IMG/VR virus record: IMGVR_UViG_3300020049_016021
Strand: one strand, 5' to 3'
DNA length: 64,000 nucleotides
Source of the DNA: a virus
The translations under genes and the position numbers were made by a program. Below, piece after piece: positions 1 to 9,500 of the stretch; the stretch's first letter is position 1; the number at the start of each line of letters is the position of its first letter. The notes under the pieces were generated by a model, which was given only the letters and a program-made list of their open reading frames with translations, did not search any database and was not told the DNA's origin.

Positions 1-7
1 TACACTT

Positions 8-41
8 CCTGGGTAGGGAAACTTGCCCAGGATTTTTCTTT
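8..41 (+). terminator. Rho-independent terminator closing an upstream plus-strand transcript
   Basis: 6-bp GC stem CCTGGG(8-13)/CCCAGG(26-31) followed by ATTTTTCTTT. Confidence 0.4.
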
Positions 42-61
42 AACCTTTAACGAAACATGAT

Positions 62-277
62 ATGCGCGATCTCCGCTACAGAGCTATTTGGGAAAACCCA
101 AGAATTGAACAGACCCAGGAAGCAATTGAAGCTTGGGAACAACAGGCTAATCGTAAATTTCAAGCTAATATTGCCAAAAACATGGTTCGATTAGAACTGC
201 GAGAAGCTTGGAAAAACACAAACCGAAAACACCTGCGATCTCCAAAAGCTAAGAAACGAGGAGGCCCAAAAAAGTGA
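62..277 (+). CDS. Hypothetical small basic protein
   Basis: ORF with ATG start; Lys/Arg-rich C-terminus; TGA stop. Confidence 0.45.
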   Translation: MRDLRYRAIWENPRIEQTQEAIEAWEQQANRKFQANIAKNMVRLELREAWKNTNRKHLRSPKAKKRGGPKK

Positions 278-355
278 TTGAAAAATTGAAGGTGGTCATG
301 TTTAGAGGCTCTGTCGCAATGATAGGGCCTCTTTTTCTTTGTAAACAACACATCA

Positions 356-745
356 ATGATTAAATACCCAAAGTTTTCAAAATGCCCTCTCCTGCAAAAG
401 GACGCGGAGAGTGTTTATTACAATAAAGTCGTCCTTCCGTTATCAAAAGGAAAGCGTGTCTCTCAACTTGAGATTGCAGACCTGGTTACGACTCTCAAAG
501 CTAAGGCTGAAAAAGCTTTAGAAGCGAGAAATACCTGTGAAAACGCTGTAATCTTACAGCAAGCTGAACAAAAGCGCCGAAGTCTGAAAAGACTATCCTC
601 CACTGAACGAGCTGACAGAAATGCCGCTCGTAAACGCCGAAAGGCCCAAAGAGAAAAACAGTTCAAAGAACAGCAAACAATCAAACAACTTACCACTGAG
701 GCAGAAGCCTTGGTGAAGAAGTACAAATCACAACCATCCTTATAA
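356..745 (+). CDS. Hypothetical basic coiled-coil protein
   Basis: 129-aa ORF; TAATG stop-start overlap with next gene. Confidence 0.5.
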   Translation: MIKYPKFSKCPLLQKDAESVYYNKVVLPLSKGKRVSQLEIADLVTTLKAKAEKALEARNTCENAVILQQAEQKRRSLKRLSSTERADRNAARKRRKAQREKQFKEQQTIKQLTTEAEALVKKYKSQPSL

Positions 746-1239
746 TGCAACAAAAATTCATCTTTTGCCTATTGGGCCTAATGCTCACTGCCTTCCTGCC
801 CGCACAAAGTCTCACCTATTCGGTGGACTATTCAATTACCGGAATGAATCCAGAACAAAGTTCTCTGCGGGAAGCCTACCGTATTCCATGGACGCAGCGT
901 GCTGCGAATCTTCCACAACCTGTCATCCAAAATACCTTGTTTGCACTCGACGTACAGACAGGTTCAATGGATCTGTACCTGTACAAGACTTCCATCGCCG
1001 AGCCATCATTGCTCGGTGAAGCATATGATCGTGCCATTGGTATTCATAAGTACTGGTACAATTATGGATCGTGTGATAATTCACCAGAGTACCAAGTTGT
1101 TTGCTATGAAAGGCTTGGAGAATACCATCTTACTGTCACCCAGTGCGGAAACACCATCCTTTCGATGGGTAATCCATACTTAAAAATCGCTTTTGAACCA
1201 TGGAACAACAACCTGACGCATTTGCTGTCGGTGTTTTAG
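745..1239 (+). CDS. Hypothetical secreted protein (N-terminal signal peptide)
   Basis: Hydrophobic N-terminus MQQKFIFCLLGLMLTAFLPAQS; 164 aa. Confidence 0.5.
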   Translation: MQQKFIFCLLGLMLTAFLPAQSLTYSVDYSITGMNPEQSSLREAYRIPWTQRAANLPQPVIQNTLFALDVQTGSMDLYLYKTSIAEPSLLGEAYDRAIGIHKYWYNYGSCDNSPEYQVVCYERLGEYHLTVTQCGNTILSMGNPYLKIAFEPWNNNLTHLLSVF

Positions 1240-1442
1240 CATTGTTCCTTTCTTTCGGTGTTTTCTTAGCCTATCACTCGTATAGGCTAAGAACCCGAGG
1301 GTACATGCGAAACACAATCAATTCAGGCTCAAGAGATCCAAAGACACATTACGCGAATCAACAAAATCAAGGAAAAGTATCCTTTCTTGTAATTTTATTG
1401 GCTGTATTTGCGCTTTATGTTCTCTGGAGATTTTTGAGTTAA
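1200..1442 (+). CDS. Small membrane protein (2 predicted TM helices)
   Basis: 80-aa ORF with two hydrophobic stretches. Confidence 0.4.
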   Translation: MEQQPDAFAVGVLALFLSFGVFLAYHSYRLRTRGYMRNTINSGSRDPKTHYANQQNQGKVSFLVILLAVFALYVLWRFLS

Positions 1443-1460
1443 CCTTTTAAATTCTTTAAA

Positions 1461-2204
1461 ATGATTTTAGCACTGATATTGTTAGTATACGCGTCATTTG
1501 GTCTATTACTGATGGCCTCTCTTGTTGTAATAGGTGACAGAATACACGACCCTACTCTAAGATGTCCTGGTGAAAGCTTTGTGAATTTCGCCCGATTGTA
1601 CAAGGAGGCAATTCTGAATTTCGGAGCAAATTGGTTCTACAAGCCATTTGCCATTTCAGATATTGCTGGCGCAACTATACTATTGCTGCTTTGGCCAGTA
1701 ATTAGCTTCTTCTGGATTTTCCAATTACTTGTTGATCGTTACGCAAACGATTATCATAAGTGGATAAAACTGGATGAAACACGTTATATTGCACAAGGGC
1801 CTAATGGGCACTACCTATACAATAAACGGAACAAAGTACTCAGGGGGATGCTTCCAACCGAAGTAAAAGTACTAATTCTAGACATGTACTATTATAACAC
1901 GGTTCTACCAAAACGTTTTGCGATCTTTGGATTGTTTAAAGACACTGCCTTTAAGCCTGATGCGAACCGACCATTTTTCGACTGGTCTATGGATGCTCTT
2001 CAACTTCCAGAGTTATTTGATCCAAAAGATCGCGTACATCTGGTACATATTATGCGAAAGCATCGTGTCCAGATGTCTGGTACTAGGGCAACTTATGCTG
2101 AATGGGCATCCCAAGCGTTTGGAACGTATCCTTTTGGGCATCATTACGCCAGTGTTCTAGGAAGATTTCTTTTCAATTACCGCAAATATTTGAACAACTT
2201 ATGA
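1461..2204 (+). CDS. Membrane-anchored hypothetical protein
   Basis: 247-aa ORF; N-terminal TM; ATGA overlap with next gene. Confidence 0.5.
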   Translation: MILALILLVYASFGLLLMASLVVIGDRIHDPTLRCPGESFVNFARLYKEAILNFGANWFYKPFAISDIAGATILLLLWPVISFFWIFQLLVDRYANDYHKWIKLDETRYIAQGPNGHYLYNKRNKVLRGMLPTEVKVLILDMYYYNTVLPKRFAIFGLFKDTAFKPDANRPFFDWSMDALQLPELFDPKDRVHLVHIMRKHRVQMSGTRATYAEWASQAFGTYPFGHHYASVLGRFLFNYRKYLNNL

Positions 2205-2794
2205 GCACAATATTAATAATACTCATCCCATTCATGCCCTTTGCCATCTACATGCTGTATAACTTAGCCACAACCTCAGTACCTTCTGGTTACATCCGGC
2301 TACCTAAGTTGTACACAACAGTAAATGGGCAACCAGCTCCGTACTTGTACATAAGCTATCCAGAAGGTACTGGAGGTCTTCTGTATGCAACACTAACATC
2401 TGAAGCTGCCTTCATTAAAATGGAGGATTTACGGTATAATCTACTCGATACCTATATTCGAGAAAGTACCAAATCTCCTTTTAATAAGGATGTTGTGACG
2501 CTTGAACGCTTCGCAAATAAGCACCTAAACTTCAATATTAGGGCCGCCAAATATGCTTTTACAGTTACCAGGGTACAACTCATTGCTAATTTCACTCCAG
2601 AGATGCGTAGTTTCGTTTCTGAGCTACTTTTGGACTATTCAGCGGTAGATACCCTTGCCACCTATAAAAGTGTCTTAGAACGCGAATTAAGGGGCTCTGA
2701 TAACCCTTACGCTGTAGACATCCTCCAACAAATTTCACGCCTATACACTAATGTACTATGGATGCCCTACAAAAAGTCAGAACCGAAGCTTTAA
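2201..2794 (+). CDS. Hypothetical protein (start at ATG 2201, inside track ORF 2102..2794)
   Basis: ATG at 2201 overlaps the TGA of the upstream gene (ATGA); hydrophobic N-terminus. Confidence 0.5.
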   Translation: MSTILIILIPFMPFAIYMLYNLATTSVPSGYIRLPKLYTTVNGQPAPYLYISYPEGTGGLLYATLTSEAAFIKMEDLRYNLLDTYIRESTKSPFNKDVVTLERFANKHLNFNIRAAKYAFTVTRVQLIANFTPEMRSFVSELLLDYSAVDTLATYKSVLERELRGSDNPYAVDILQQISRLYTNVLWMPYKKSEPKL

Positions 2795-3105
2795 GCCAGA
2801 TCTACCAGAAGAATACATTCACTGTTCTTGGCGCTATTGTAGTGCTAAAAATGATGAATGACGCAGCTTCCAGGTTAATCTGGAACTCTATCCATTACTG
2901 GCTAGACAAGGGTATCTTGATTGACTTTGACCAACTACAGCGGAAATTTGAAGCTTCTAATGGAGCTGACTATAATTTTTGGTGTATTACGACTGAGGAG
3001 GTATTGATTAACACTAGTTGGTCAAACCCAAAATCATTCTATGCTATAGACCGCGAAGCTGCGGTAGATTATGCTGATAAGGTGTTGAACCTATCAGTTG
3101 CCTGA
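2758..3105 (+). CDS. Hypothetical protein
   Basis: 115-aa ORF. Confidence 0.4.
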   Translation: MDALQKVRTEALSQIYQKNTFTVLGAIVVLKMMNDAASRLIWNSIHYWLDKGILIDFDQLQRKFEASNGADYNFWCITTEEVLINTSWSNPKSFYAIDREAAVDYADKVLNLSVA

Positions 3106-3526
3106 TGTGCATACCAATCCCCTAGCCCATTCCAAGGCTACCTGTCGGATTGACTGTTTGTTTCATAATAAAGATTTGTTTTTGTAGCAGTGCGATAGTA
3201 AACCCACTGTAGAAGGAAACTGCTTTATCGTAAGACAGCTGAACGCCACGATTGAATACGTACTAGGAGAGTTTTTAGGTAATACAACCTACCTCTTCTA
3301 CAGATCACTACAAATTTATATTCTTTATCTAGTTCTTATTGGTATCGGAGAAAACCTCAAAAAAAGAGAAATCCGACTTCTGAGCCACCTCGTGTTAGGC
3401 TATTCAAACCTACTGCTTGGCTGATCCAGGATTGCTCTCTTTCCTGGCCAATACACAAAGATACGAAATAAATTGAGGTGTTGCCAAATTTTCAACTTTT
3501 AACCTTTACACCGTAAATCTACTACC
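3106..3526. promoter_or_regulatory. 420-bp AT-rich noncoding region with 9-bp inverted repeat (CTGTAGAAG ... CTTCTACAG)
   Basis: No ORF of 60 aa or more in any frame; inverted repeat about 75 bp apart; lies between two gene clusters. Confidence 0.3.
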
Positions 3527-3985
3527 ATGTATGAGACAAGCCTCATAACAGCTTGGGGAGCTAAGCAACCCCAAAACTTCATTCAAGAACCACTCAGAAA
3601 CATTACGTATCTGCGTAATCGTTTGGTGCTTAACATTCAATATGCCTGCGCAAACAGAACGTGCACAAAAGACGTGTCTAAAGCGATAAATGAGGCAAAA
3701 AAAGAGTTAAACTCGCTCGCAGTACGCGTACCCCGCCAAATGCAAGACCTCATTGACGAGGTTTCTGAGGTAAAAGCCAGGATTTTGGCTGCACCTGCCG
3801 AAGAATTCATCACCGTAGGAAAATACTTTCCTGAGAGTGAACACGCTGATGTCATTGATGCCTGGGTAGCTTTTTACGCTCCCAGCGGTAAATTCGATCT
3901 TTTAACCGGCTTAACCGCCCTCATCGAGGTGACACGGTTCGGTCTAAATTTCAACTATGGAACAGATTCCACAGAAAATAATTGA
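3527..3985 (+). CDS. Hypothetical protein
   Basis: 152-aa ORF. Confidence 0.5.
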   Translation: MYETSLITAWGAKQPQNFIQEPLRNITYLRNRLVLNIQYACANRTCTKDVSKAINEAKKELNSLAVRVPRQMQDLIDEVSEVKARILAAPAEEFITVGKYFPESEHADVIDAWVAFYAPSGKFDLLTGLTALIEVTRFGLNFNYGTDSTENN

Positions 3986-4241
3986 GAATCCCGCCATGGT
4001 CGGCATTCTTGCCGTTTGTTTTGTTGTTGGAATTACGCTTATCCTTAGAGGACTGAGGCCTCGTCTCACGAAAAAACAATTGGCAAAAAAGAAGGCGCTC
4101 TATCAACTAGAGATTGCCCTCGACCAAAACAAATCCACCTTTCTGTCCTCTGTGGAGGCGGCATATGACCGTTACCAAAATTACCTTGAGTTACTAAAGG
4201 CCCTCGAGAAAGAAGAGGCGGTGGATAAACTTGGAAGTTAA
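3957..4241 (+). CDS. Small membrane protein
   Basis: 94-aa ORF with one TM segment. Confidence 0.4.
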   Translation: MEQIPQKIIENPAMVGILAVCFVVGITLILRGLRPRLTKKQLAKKKALYQLEIALDQNKSTFLSSVEAAYDRYQNYLELLKALEKEEAVDKLGS

Positions 4242-4389
4242 AAATACTGTAATCAACCGGACTATCGAGAATTCAAGCATAAAGATGTTTGTGTTCTTAG
4301 GGTAGTACTTAATTTACTTCGGCGCTAGTTTTGTCCACACTAGGGAAGTTCTTGAGTCTACTCATTCTTTTCATCTTTAAATTTTACAT

Positions 4390-5193
4390 ATGAAACAAAT
4401 TATCAAAATTACGTCGTCGAAATCAACCGAAGAAAAGGCAGTACCGACGTTTGTCCATTGGTTGTATGCTACTGTTGCAATCTTTCAAAGATTGTCGGGC
4501 ATTCAAAAGGCCAACGTTGGCGTGTTCCTTGGATTAACCCTTATGTGCGCTATGACCATAGGTGCTTGGGTGAGTATAAATACCAACCCACCAAAAACAA
4601 TCATTGTACCTGTCGTTCAAGCTTCAAGTGAGAAGGCTGACGCAGAAGAAGAGATTGTACCCGAAATTCCGCAAACTTCGGTATTTGTAGGAGAGAAAGA
4701 AACTCTGGATGAAAATCCACCAGAACCAGCTCCGGCAAAGAATTTAACCGCTTACAAAACGCAGGCGCAGGCGTATATTCAGAAGTACAAAGCTGCGGCA
4801 CAGGCTGGTTGGAGAAAACATGGAGTACCCGCAAGTATCAGTTTAGCACAAGGTCTGATTGAATCGAGAGCAGGAACTAGTAAATTAGCGGTGCAAAACA
4901 ACAATCATTTTGGCATGAAGTGTTTTTCAAAAAAGTGTGGTAAGGGGCATTGTACCAATCATAAGGACGATACCCACAAAGACTTCTTTTTGAAATTCAA
5001 ATCTCCTGCACAAAGCTGGGAAGCCCATTCAAAGCTGTTGTCATCGGGACGATATGCAAAATTAAAGAAATACGGACGCGACTACGTTCGTTGGGCCCAA
5101 GGATTAAAGCAAGTAGGTTATGCAACGGATAAAAGTTATGCTAATACACTAATTAGTGTAATCAAACGGTATAACCTAACTAAGTATGATTAG
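4390..5193 (+). CDS. Peptidoglycan hydrolase, GH73 N-acetylglucosaminidase domain (FlgJ-like), N-terminal membrane anchor
   Basis: C-terminal motifs GVPASISLAQGLIESRAGTSKLA...NNNHFGMK...YATDKSYANTLISVIKRYNL match the glucosaminidase (PF01832-type) signature; TM segment near residues 40-65. Confidence 0.7.
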   Translation: MKQIIKITSSKSTEEKAVPTFVHWLYATVAIFQRLSGIQKANVGVFLGLTLMCAMTIGAWVSINTNPPKTIIVPVVQASSEKADAEEEIVPEIPQTSVFVGEKETLDENPPEPAPAKNLTAYKTQAQAYIQKYKAAAQAGWRKHGVPASISLAQGLIESRAGTSKLAVQNNNHFGMKCFSKKCGKGHCTNHKDDTHKDFFLKFKSPAQSWEAHSKLLSSGRYAKLKKYGRDYVRWAQGLKQVGYATDKSYANTLISVIKRYNLTKYD

Positions 5194-5213
5194 GCTTACA
5201 AAATCCCCCTAAG

Positions 5214-5279
5214 GTGTGGTTCTAATGGTGATTATAGGTATTATATACTTATAGAAGGTTCGAATCCGTCCCACACCCC
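5214..5279 (+). tRNA. tRNA-like gene, atypical (66 nt); probable anticodon TAT (Ile-UAU) if folded canonically
   Basis: Perfect 7-bp acceptor stem GGTGTGG/CCACACC; canonical T-arm GAAGG-TTCGAAT-CCGTC; anticodon stem TAGGT/ACTTA with loop ATTATAT; D-arm reduced (4-bp stem, 4-nt loop GGTG), 2-nt variable loop; no CCA encoded. Confidence 0.4.
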
Positions 5280-5292
5280 TAAATTTTAAAAC

Positions 5293-6330
5293 ATGAAGAT
5301 AAACATGGAATTAACGGAAGTGAAAGCTGAATTACAGCAGAGGTACTTCCAAAGTGACCCTGCCATAAATGCGGTCATACGTGCCTTGGCACTAAAACAA
5401 AACTGTATTCTGTATGGTCCACCTGGCCATGCAAAATCTGGTATTGTCGAAACGGCCCTGAAACTCTATTTGGGTGAGGTTGCGTTCTACCAGCAGGTGT
5501 ACCAGACAAACGGCGGCATGGAAATGCCTACAGAACCCTTTGTTGGTGCCTTGGACTTGAAACGGTACCGAGAAGACGGTACTATCAACTACCAATTGGA
5601 GCATACGATATATATGGAGAAGGAGTACGCCATATTGGAGGAAGGCTTGGACGCTCCCCCGTACGTGCTCGAAACCATGAAGCAGCCATTGATGTCAAAA
5701 GTACTTTGCATCAACAATGTTTGTTCCCCAGTAAAATTACAGTCGATGTTCATCTGCACAAATCACAATCCAGTTGAATGGGCGGGTGAGGTCGACAGTT
5801 ACAAAGCGCTTTTGAAACGTTTTCCACACAGAGCTCATGTAGAATGGAGCAAGTATGACATTACCACCTGGGATGCTTATTTAACCCATTTAGGTCGACC
5901 TGACAAACTTGTGGCGGCTATGCTTGAAAAATGCCATCAAATGAATTACCCAATGGCACCGAGGGAAGCGCTAGCCTTCCAAGACCTTATCAAGTTTGAA
6001 GGTTTAAGTGGTGTTGAGACTTTCGATGACATGCATGAGAAGCCAGAAGTGTATGAGGAGCTAAAGAAGATGATGGCTTTGGTTCCTTTTGTAAGAGACT
6101 TGGAAGAAGCCGAAAGTCTAGCTCTTCAAGCAAAATTTGCCTTCGAACGAAACGATCCAAATTTTATTGCTCATTTTGGAAAGGCTAAGAGCGCTCTTGA
6201 AAACATAAAGGGGATCCCAACAACGGGTGTCTACACTGACCGTATGCGAAATACAGCCATGAATCTTTCACAGCTGTTAAAGGACCACGTTCAAAAAGTT
6301 GCAAATGCAACAGAAATCCCAAAATTATGA
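5293..6330 (+). CDS. MoxR-family AAA+ ATPase (CobS-like)
   Basis: Walker A variant GPPGHAKSG, Walker B ILEEGLDAPP, then FICTNHNPVE (MoxR/CobS pattern); ATGA-coupled to the downstream VWA gene. Confidence 0.65.
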   Translation: MKINMELTEVKAELQQRYFQSDPAINAVIRALALKQNCILYGPPGHAKSGIVETALKLYLGEVAFYQQVYQTNGGMEMPTEPFVGALDLKRYREDGTINYQLEHTIYMEKEYAILEEGLDAPPYVLETMKQPLMSKVLCINNVCSPVKLQSMFICTNHNPVEWAGEVDSYKALLKRFPHRAHVEWSKYDITTWDAYLTHLGRPDKLVAAMLEKCHQMNYPMAPREALAFQDLIKFEGLSGVETFDDMHEKPEVYEELKKMMALVPFVRDLEEAESLALQAKFAFERNDPNFIAHFGKAKSALENIKGIPTTGVYTDRMRNTAMNLSQLLKDHVQKVANATEIPKL

Positions 6331-7457
6331 ACCAAGCTTATAACCTAGATCCTGAGCTCCTAAAAAAAGCTGCAGAAAAGGCCAACCATTACATTTCCAC
6401 AGGTTATCTGACCACGGCAGCTGCTGTTGCGAGTCATTTAACAATGGATAATGATCCATATTCAGTAGCAATGCAGGTAAGCGGTGGGAAGTCTACGAAA
6501 AGCATGGCACTCGATATGGCTATTGCTGGAAGTAAGGTAAAAGGAGATGTCTATACACTAGCAAGAGTTCTTGCAGAACAGTATATGATAAAGCAGCATA
6601 AAGATTCTTCTCAAGAAGAATTTGAAAAAGCTGTAAAAGAGGCCATTGAGGAAGCCGAAGCTGAAAAAGAAATGATGCTTCCTGGGGGACATAAGGGTGG
6701 AGAAAGTATCAGAAACTTTTTTCAGGGTTATTCTCTTCCTTTTGGCGCTGTAGACGAGGTTCCAGAATACATCAAGCAAAGTGGAGCCATGGTGTTTGCT
6801 AAACAACAAACGAATAGTAAAAAAGTTGAGGGTAAACCCAAGAGTGCCGTTCACTTTAGAAGAATCCGCAGACTAGAGGAGATTGCTCGCGTAATCCCTA
6901 AACAGCTGTGTGTTGATGACGACGTGTTTGAGTTAATGCTTGCTCAAAGACAATTGATTGGTAAATTTCCTCTGCGCTCAAAACAAGATCTCAAAACAAT
7001 GGTTATTTTGTTAGATGATTCTGGCTCTATGAGTGCTGACACACGTGTGCCAAAACTAACTGCTATTTTAGAGTCGCTATTTAAAGAGGTTGAAAAAGAA
7101 AGCTTAAGGTTATTAATCGCTCCATTTGAGTATTCACTTGGTCCGGCCTTTGAACTAAAAAATGCCCATAGCGTTAATGAGTTTAAAAAAATTGTGACAG
7201 ATGGTTCTGGTGGAAACACTTATCTAAATCACATACTACCCAAAGTCATTACTGATTTGCAAAAAGGAATGTTTGGAACCTTTAAAGTTCCTGTGGACAC
7301 ACGCATACTCATAATAAATGATGGTGAGGATCCCCCTGGAGAAATGAAACCCGCTGCTCCAGTTCATGCATTAAGTTTGGGTGAATTCAACAAAGACTTG
7401 AGTGTTCTTTGTAAAGCTAGTGGCGGGGATTATACCATGTATAAATCTATAACATGA
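6327..7457 (+). CDS. von Willebrand factor A (VWA) domain protein, CobT-like partner of the MoxR ATPase
   Basis: MIDAS motif VILLDDSGSMS plus downstream T and DGSGG elements; adjacent and translationally coupled to the AAA+ gene. Confidence 0.65.
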   Translation: MNQAYNLDPELLKKAAEKANHYISTGYLTTAAAVASHLTMDNDPYSVAMQVSGGKSTKSMALDMAIAGSKVKGDVYTLARVLAEQYMIKQHKDSSQEEFEKAVKEAIEEAEAEKEMMLPGGHKGGESIRNFFQGYSLPFGAVDEVPEYIKQSGAMVFAKQQTNSKKVEGKPKSAVHFRRIRRLEEIARVIPKQLCVDDDVFELMLAQRQLIGKFPLRSKQDLKTMVILLDDSGSMSADTRVPKLTAILESLFKEVEKESLRLLIAPFEYSLGPAFELKNAHSVNEFKKIVTDGSGGNTYLNHILPKVITDLQKGMFGTFKVPVDTRILIINDGEDPPGEMKPAAPVHALSLGEFNKDLSVLCKASGGDYTMYKSIT

Positions 7458-7756
7458 TTGAACTGTTCACATATCTGAACACCTTCAGTTCTTGTGCCAA
7501 GTATCGTCCTGGATTTCGTACTCCTGACGGTGTTTTATGGGTATTAACCCACACACAACCGACCGAAGGTGTCCAGACCATATTGATTGAAGCCTCGCTA
7601 ATTGAAAGCGAGCATTTTAAACCAAAAACCGAAACTCTGTACCTAACCCCAGCCGAAAACCAAAAAGCTGCCAGATATAATAATATTTCTGGTGGAATAT
7701 TAAAAATCGATTTTTCACTATTAAACAACAATATAAATGAGTACCAAAAAGTATGA
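7454..7756 (+). CDS. Hypothetical protein
   Basis: 100-aa ORF; ATGA overlap with upstream gene. Confidence 0.35.
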   Translation: MIELFTYLNTFSSCAKYRPGFRTPDGVLWVLTHTQPTEGVQTILIEASLIESEHFKPKTETLYLTPAENQKAARYNNISGGILKIDFSLLNNNINEYQKV

Positions 7757-8459
7757 ATTTACCCGAGAAGAGCTAGGCCTCTCTCCTGAAGCCAATCTTC
7801 CAGTTGTTATCGCTGCGCTAAACAATGAGCGTGCAGGCATACCAACGGAAGTAGACAAGCCCTATTACGCACTGGCCAACTGGCCTACCATCCGCCACAA
7901 GTTTGCCTCCCTGGTGCTGCAAAGTGATTTGACAGAAATGCCATTTTCTGGTACCCCAGAGATTACTGTGGATAACCTGAAAGAAATTCAGGACGCCGTG
8001 ACCATGTATCACGAAGACAAAAGTCCAGAAGCTCAGGAGCTTGCTATTTCCACTCTTCGTGAAGCCGGCCTCACTTATGAGGCACCAGTACCTGCAACGG
8101 AAGAAGAACTCCAAACCCTGGTAACTGAAGAATCTCAAGATGCCCCAGAAGTTACCGAAGAAGAGGCCGTACCTGAACAAACGCCTGTACCGGCGGATAA
8201 CGCCATTGTTGCTGCGAAAACACCAGTGAATGTGTTACCAGCGCAAATGAATGATGCACTGGTAAGTGCCAAAACTGCCCTGGAACATTCCAAAAACCTT
8301 CGAACTGCGTTGGATCAAGCTCGGGAGGCAGCTGATGCTCAAGCTGAAGCTTTGGTAAACGCTACCCTTGCCATTGCTGACACCATTTTGAAGGCAAATT
8401 CTGTCGAAGCTGAAATCCCAGCAGCCATCGAAGAGGCAGAAATTGCCGTTGAGGTGTAG
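7737..8459 (+). CDS. Hypothetical acidic Ala/Glu-rich protein
   Basis: 240-aa ORF; strongly acidic. Confidence 0.5.
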   Translation: MSTKKYEFTREELGLSPEANLPVVIAALNNERAGIPTEVDKPYYALANWPTIRHKFASLVLQSDLTEMPFSGTPEITVDNLKEIQDAVTMYHEDKSPEAQELAISTLREAGLTYEAPVPATEEELQTLVTEESQDAPEVTEEEAVPEQTPVPADNAIVAAKTPVNVLPAQMNDALVSAKTALEHSKNLRTALDQAREAADAQAEALVNATLAIADTILKANSVEAEIPAAIEEAEIAVEV

Positions 8460-8477
8460 AAGAAACGAAACATTATT

Positions 8478-8503
8478 GTTCATGGGGGCGGAGTAACCCT
8501 CTG
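8478..8503 (+). promoter_or_regulatory. Strong GC hairpin (GGGGGCGGAG/CTCTGCCCCC) in an intergenic gap; possible terminator or RNA stability element without a U-tract
   Basis: 10-bp stem with one G-U pair, loop TAACC, between genes 7737..8459 and 8524..9147. Confidence 0.3.
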
Positions 8504-8523
8504 CCCCCTTCAACCAATTAAAA

Positions 8524-9147
8524 ATGAGTTTAAAAATGTTAACCACAGAGTGGGGCCAAAATCAGATTCAATTTTCTGATGACAAATCCTACTACATACC
8601 CAGCGCGCTACGAGTTGGCATTGGTGATAATAATCCATATCTAACTATGCGGTGTACTCATCGTGGTGCTGGAGCCAAATTGGAGGAAAAAGTAATAGCC
8701 GTAAAAGCTGATTCAGCTGAATTGGCTGTTTTTGTCGAGGCCTCCAGCGCAAAGAATGGGGAATGGTGCGCTACCGGCGAACTGTATTTCCATAATGGTG
8801 AGATTTGGGTACGCAATATTTCATTTGAAAAAAGCGTACAAGTTATCGAGCAACGTGTCTCCATCGTTATAGGGGGAGAATCCATTGAGCGCAGCGTACT
8901 ACAGATTGTCTACATGCAAGATTTGAAAATGCAAATCTTGCGGAATGGGGAGGTTTACTATACGCAGAGTGCTACGGCTATTTGCACTGCCGGCATCTTG
9001 GTAAATGAGATCAAACTCGCTTCCAGAACCGGCAAGGATGTACGGATCGATCACAAGACAGTACTGCCCAAAGCTGCTCTTGCGGTGTATGATGCTGAAA
9101 TCTTGCAGCAAAAAATTATTGCCTTCACCAATACACCGGTGCTATGA
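8524..9147 (+). CDS. Hypothetical protein
   Basis: 207-aa ORF. Confidence 0.5.
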   Translation: MSLKMLTTEWGQNQIQFSDDKSYYIPSALRVGIGDNNPYLTMRCTHRGAGAKLEEKVIAVKADSAELAVFVEASSAKNGEWCATGELYFHNGEIWVRNISFEKSVQVIEQRVSIVIGGESIERSVLQIVYMQDLKMQILRNGEVYYTQSATAICTAGILVNEIKLASRTGKDVRIDHKTVLPKAALAVYDAEILQQKIIAFTNTPVL

Positions 9148-9500
9148 TATTACTGCATGGTAAGTTACAGCTGCAAACGGGGGCAAACAGAAGTGTGCTG
9201 ATTCTTAAAATTCCTGTTAGTGATAACCAGTCAAGGGCAATCACAAATCAAGACGAGTTAAAGGAAACAATACAGGCCATGCTGCATACAGGTGAGAGAC
9301 TTAGACGGTTTAACCTAGAGTCCTCTAGCAAGGGGGAATATTTTGGTTCTATAATTATAGAGCTAGAAATATTTTCCTTAGTGCAAATAGCAACTGGGCT
9401 CTCACGTTTAAAAAATTTAAATCGGAAAGTAAATGCTCAAGTTCGTATTTCGAGTGGGGCTAGTTTTTCTCGCCGCCATTTTACTTTTTGGAAGAACTAG
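9144..9500 (+). CDS. Hypothetical protein
   Basis: 118-aa ORF; ATGA overlap upstream; overlaps next gene by 68 nt. Confidence 0.3.
   Translation: MILLHGKLQLQTGANRSVLILKIPVSDNQSRAITNQDELKETIQAMLHTGERLRRFNLESSSKGEYFGSIIIELEIFSLVQIATGLSRLKNLNRKVNAQVRISSGASFSRRHFTFWKN

Noticed and set aside
5214-5279. tRNA-like element as the TGA suppressor (anticodon UCA) or an amber suppressor
   Set aside because: No TCA trinucleotide anywhere in the element. The only CTA lies at positions 10-12, which cannot be an anticodon loop.
160-8546. Antisense track ORFs inside or opposite plus-strand genes (for example 160..351, 463..753, 4601..4834, 6558..6854, 7818..8180, 8235..8546)
   Set aside because: Short, overlapping longer same-region genes on the coding strand, with low-complexity translations. 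Judged spurious.
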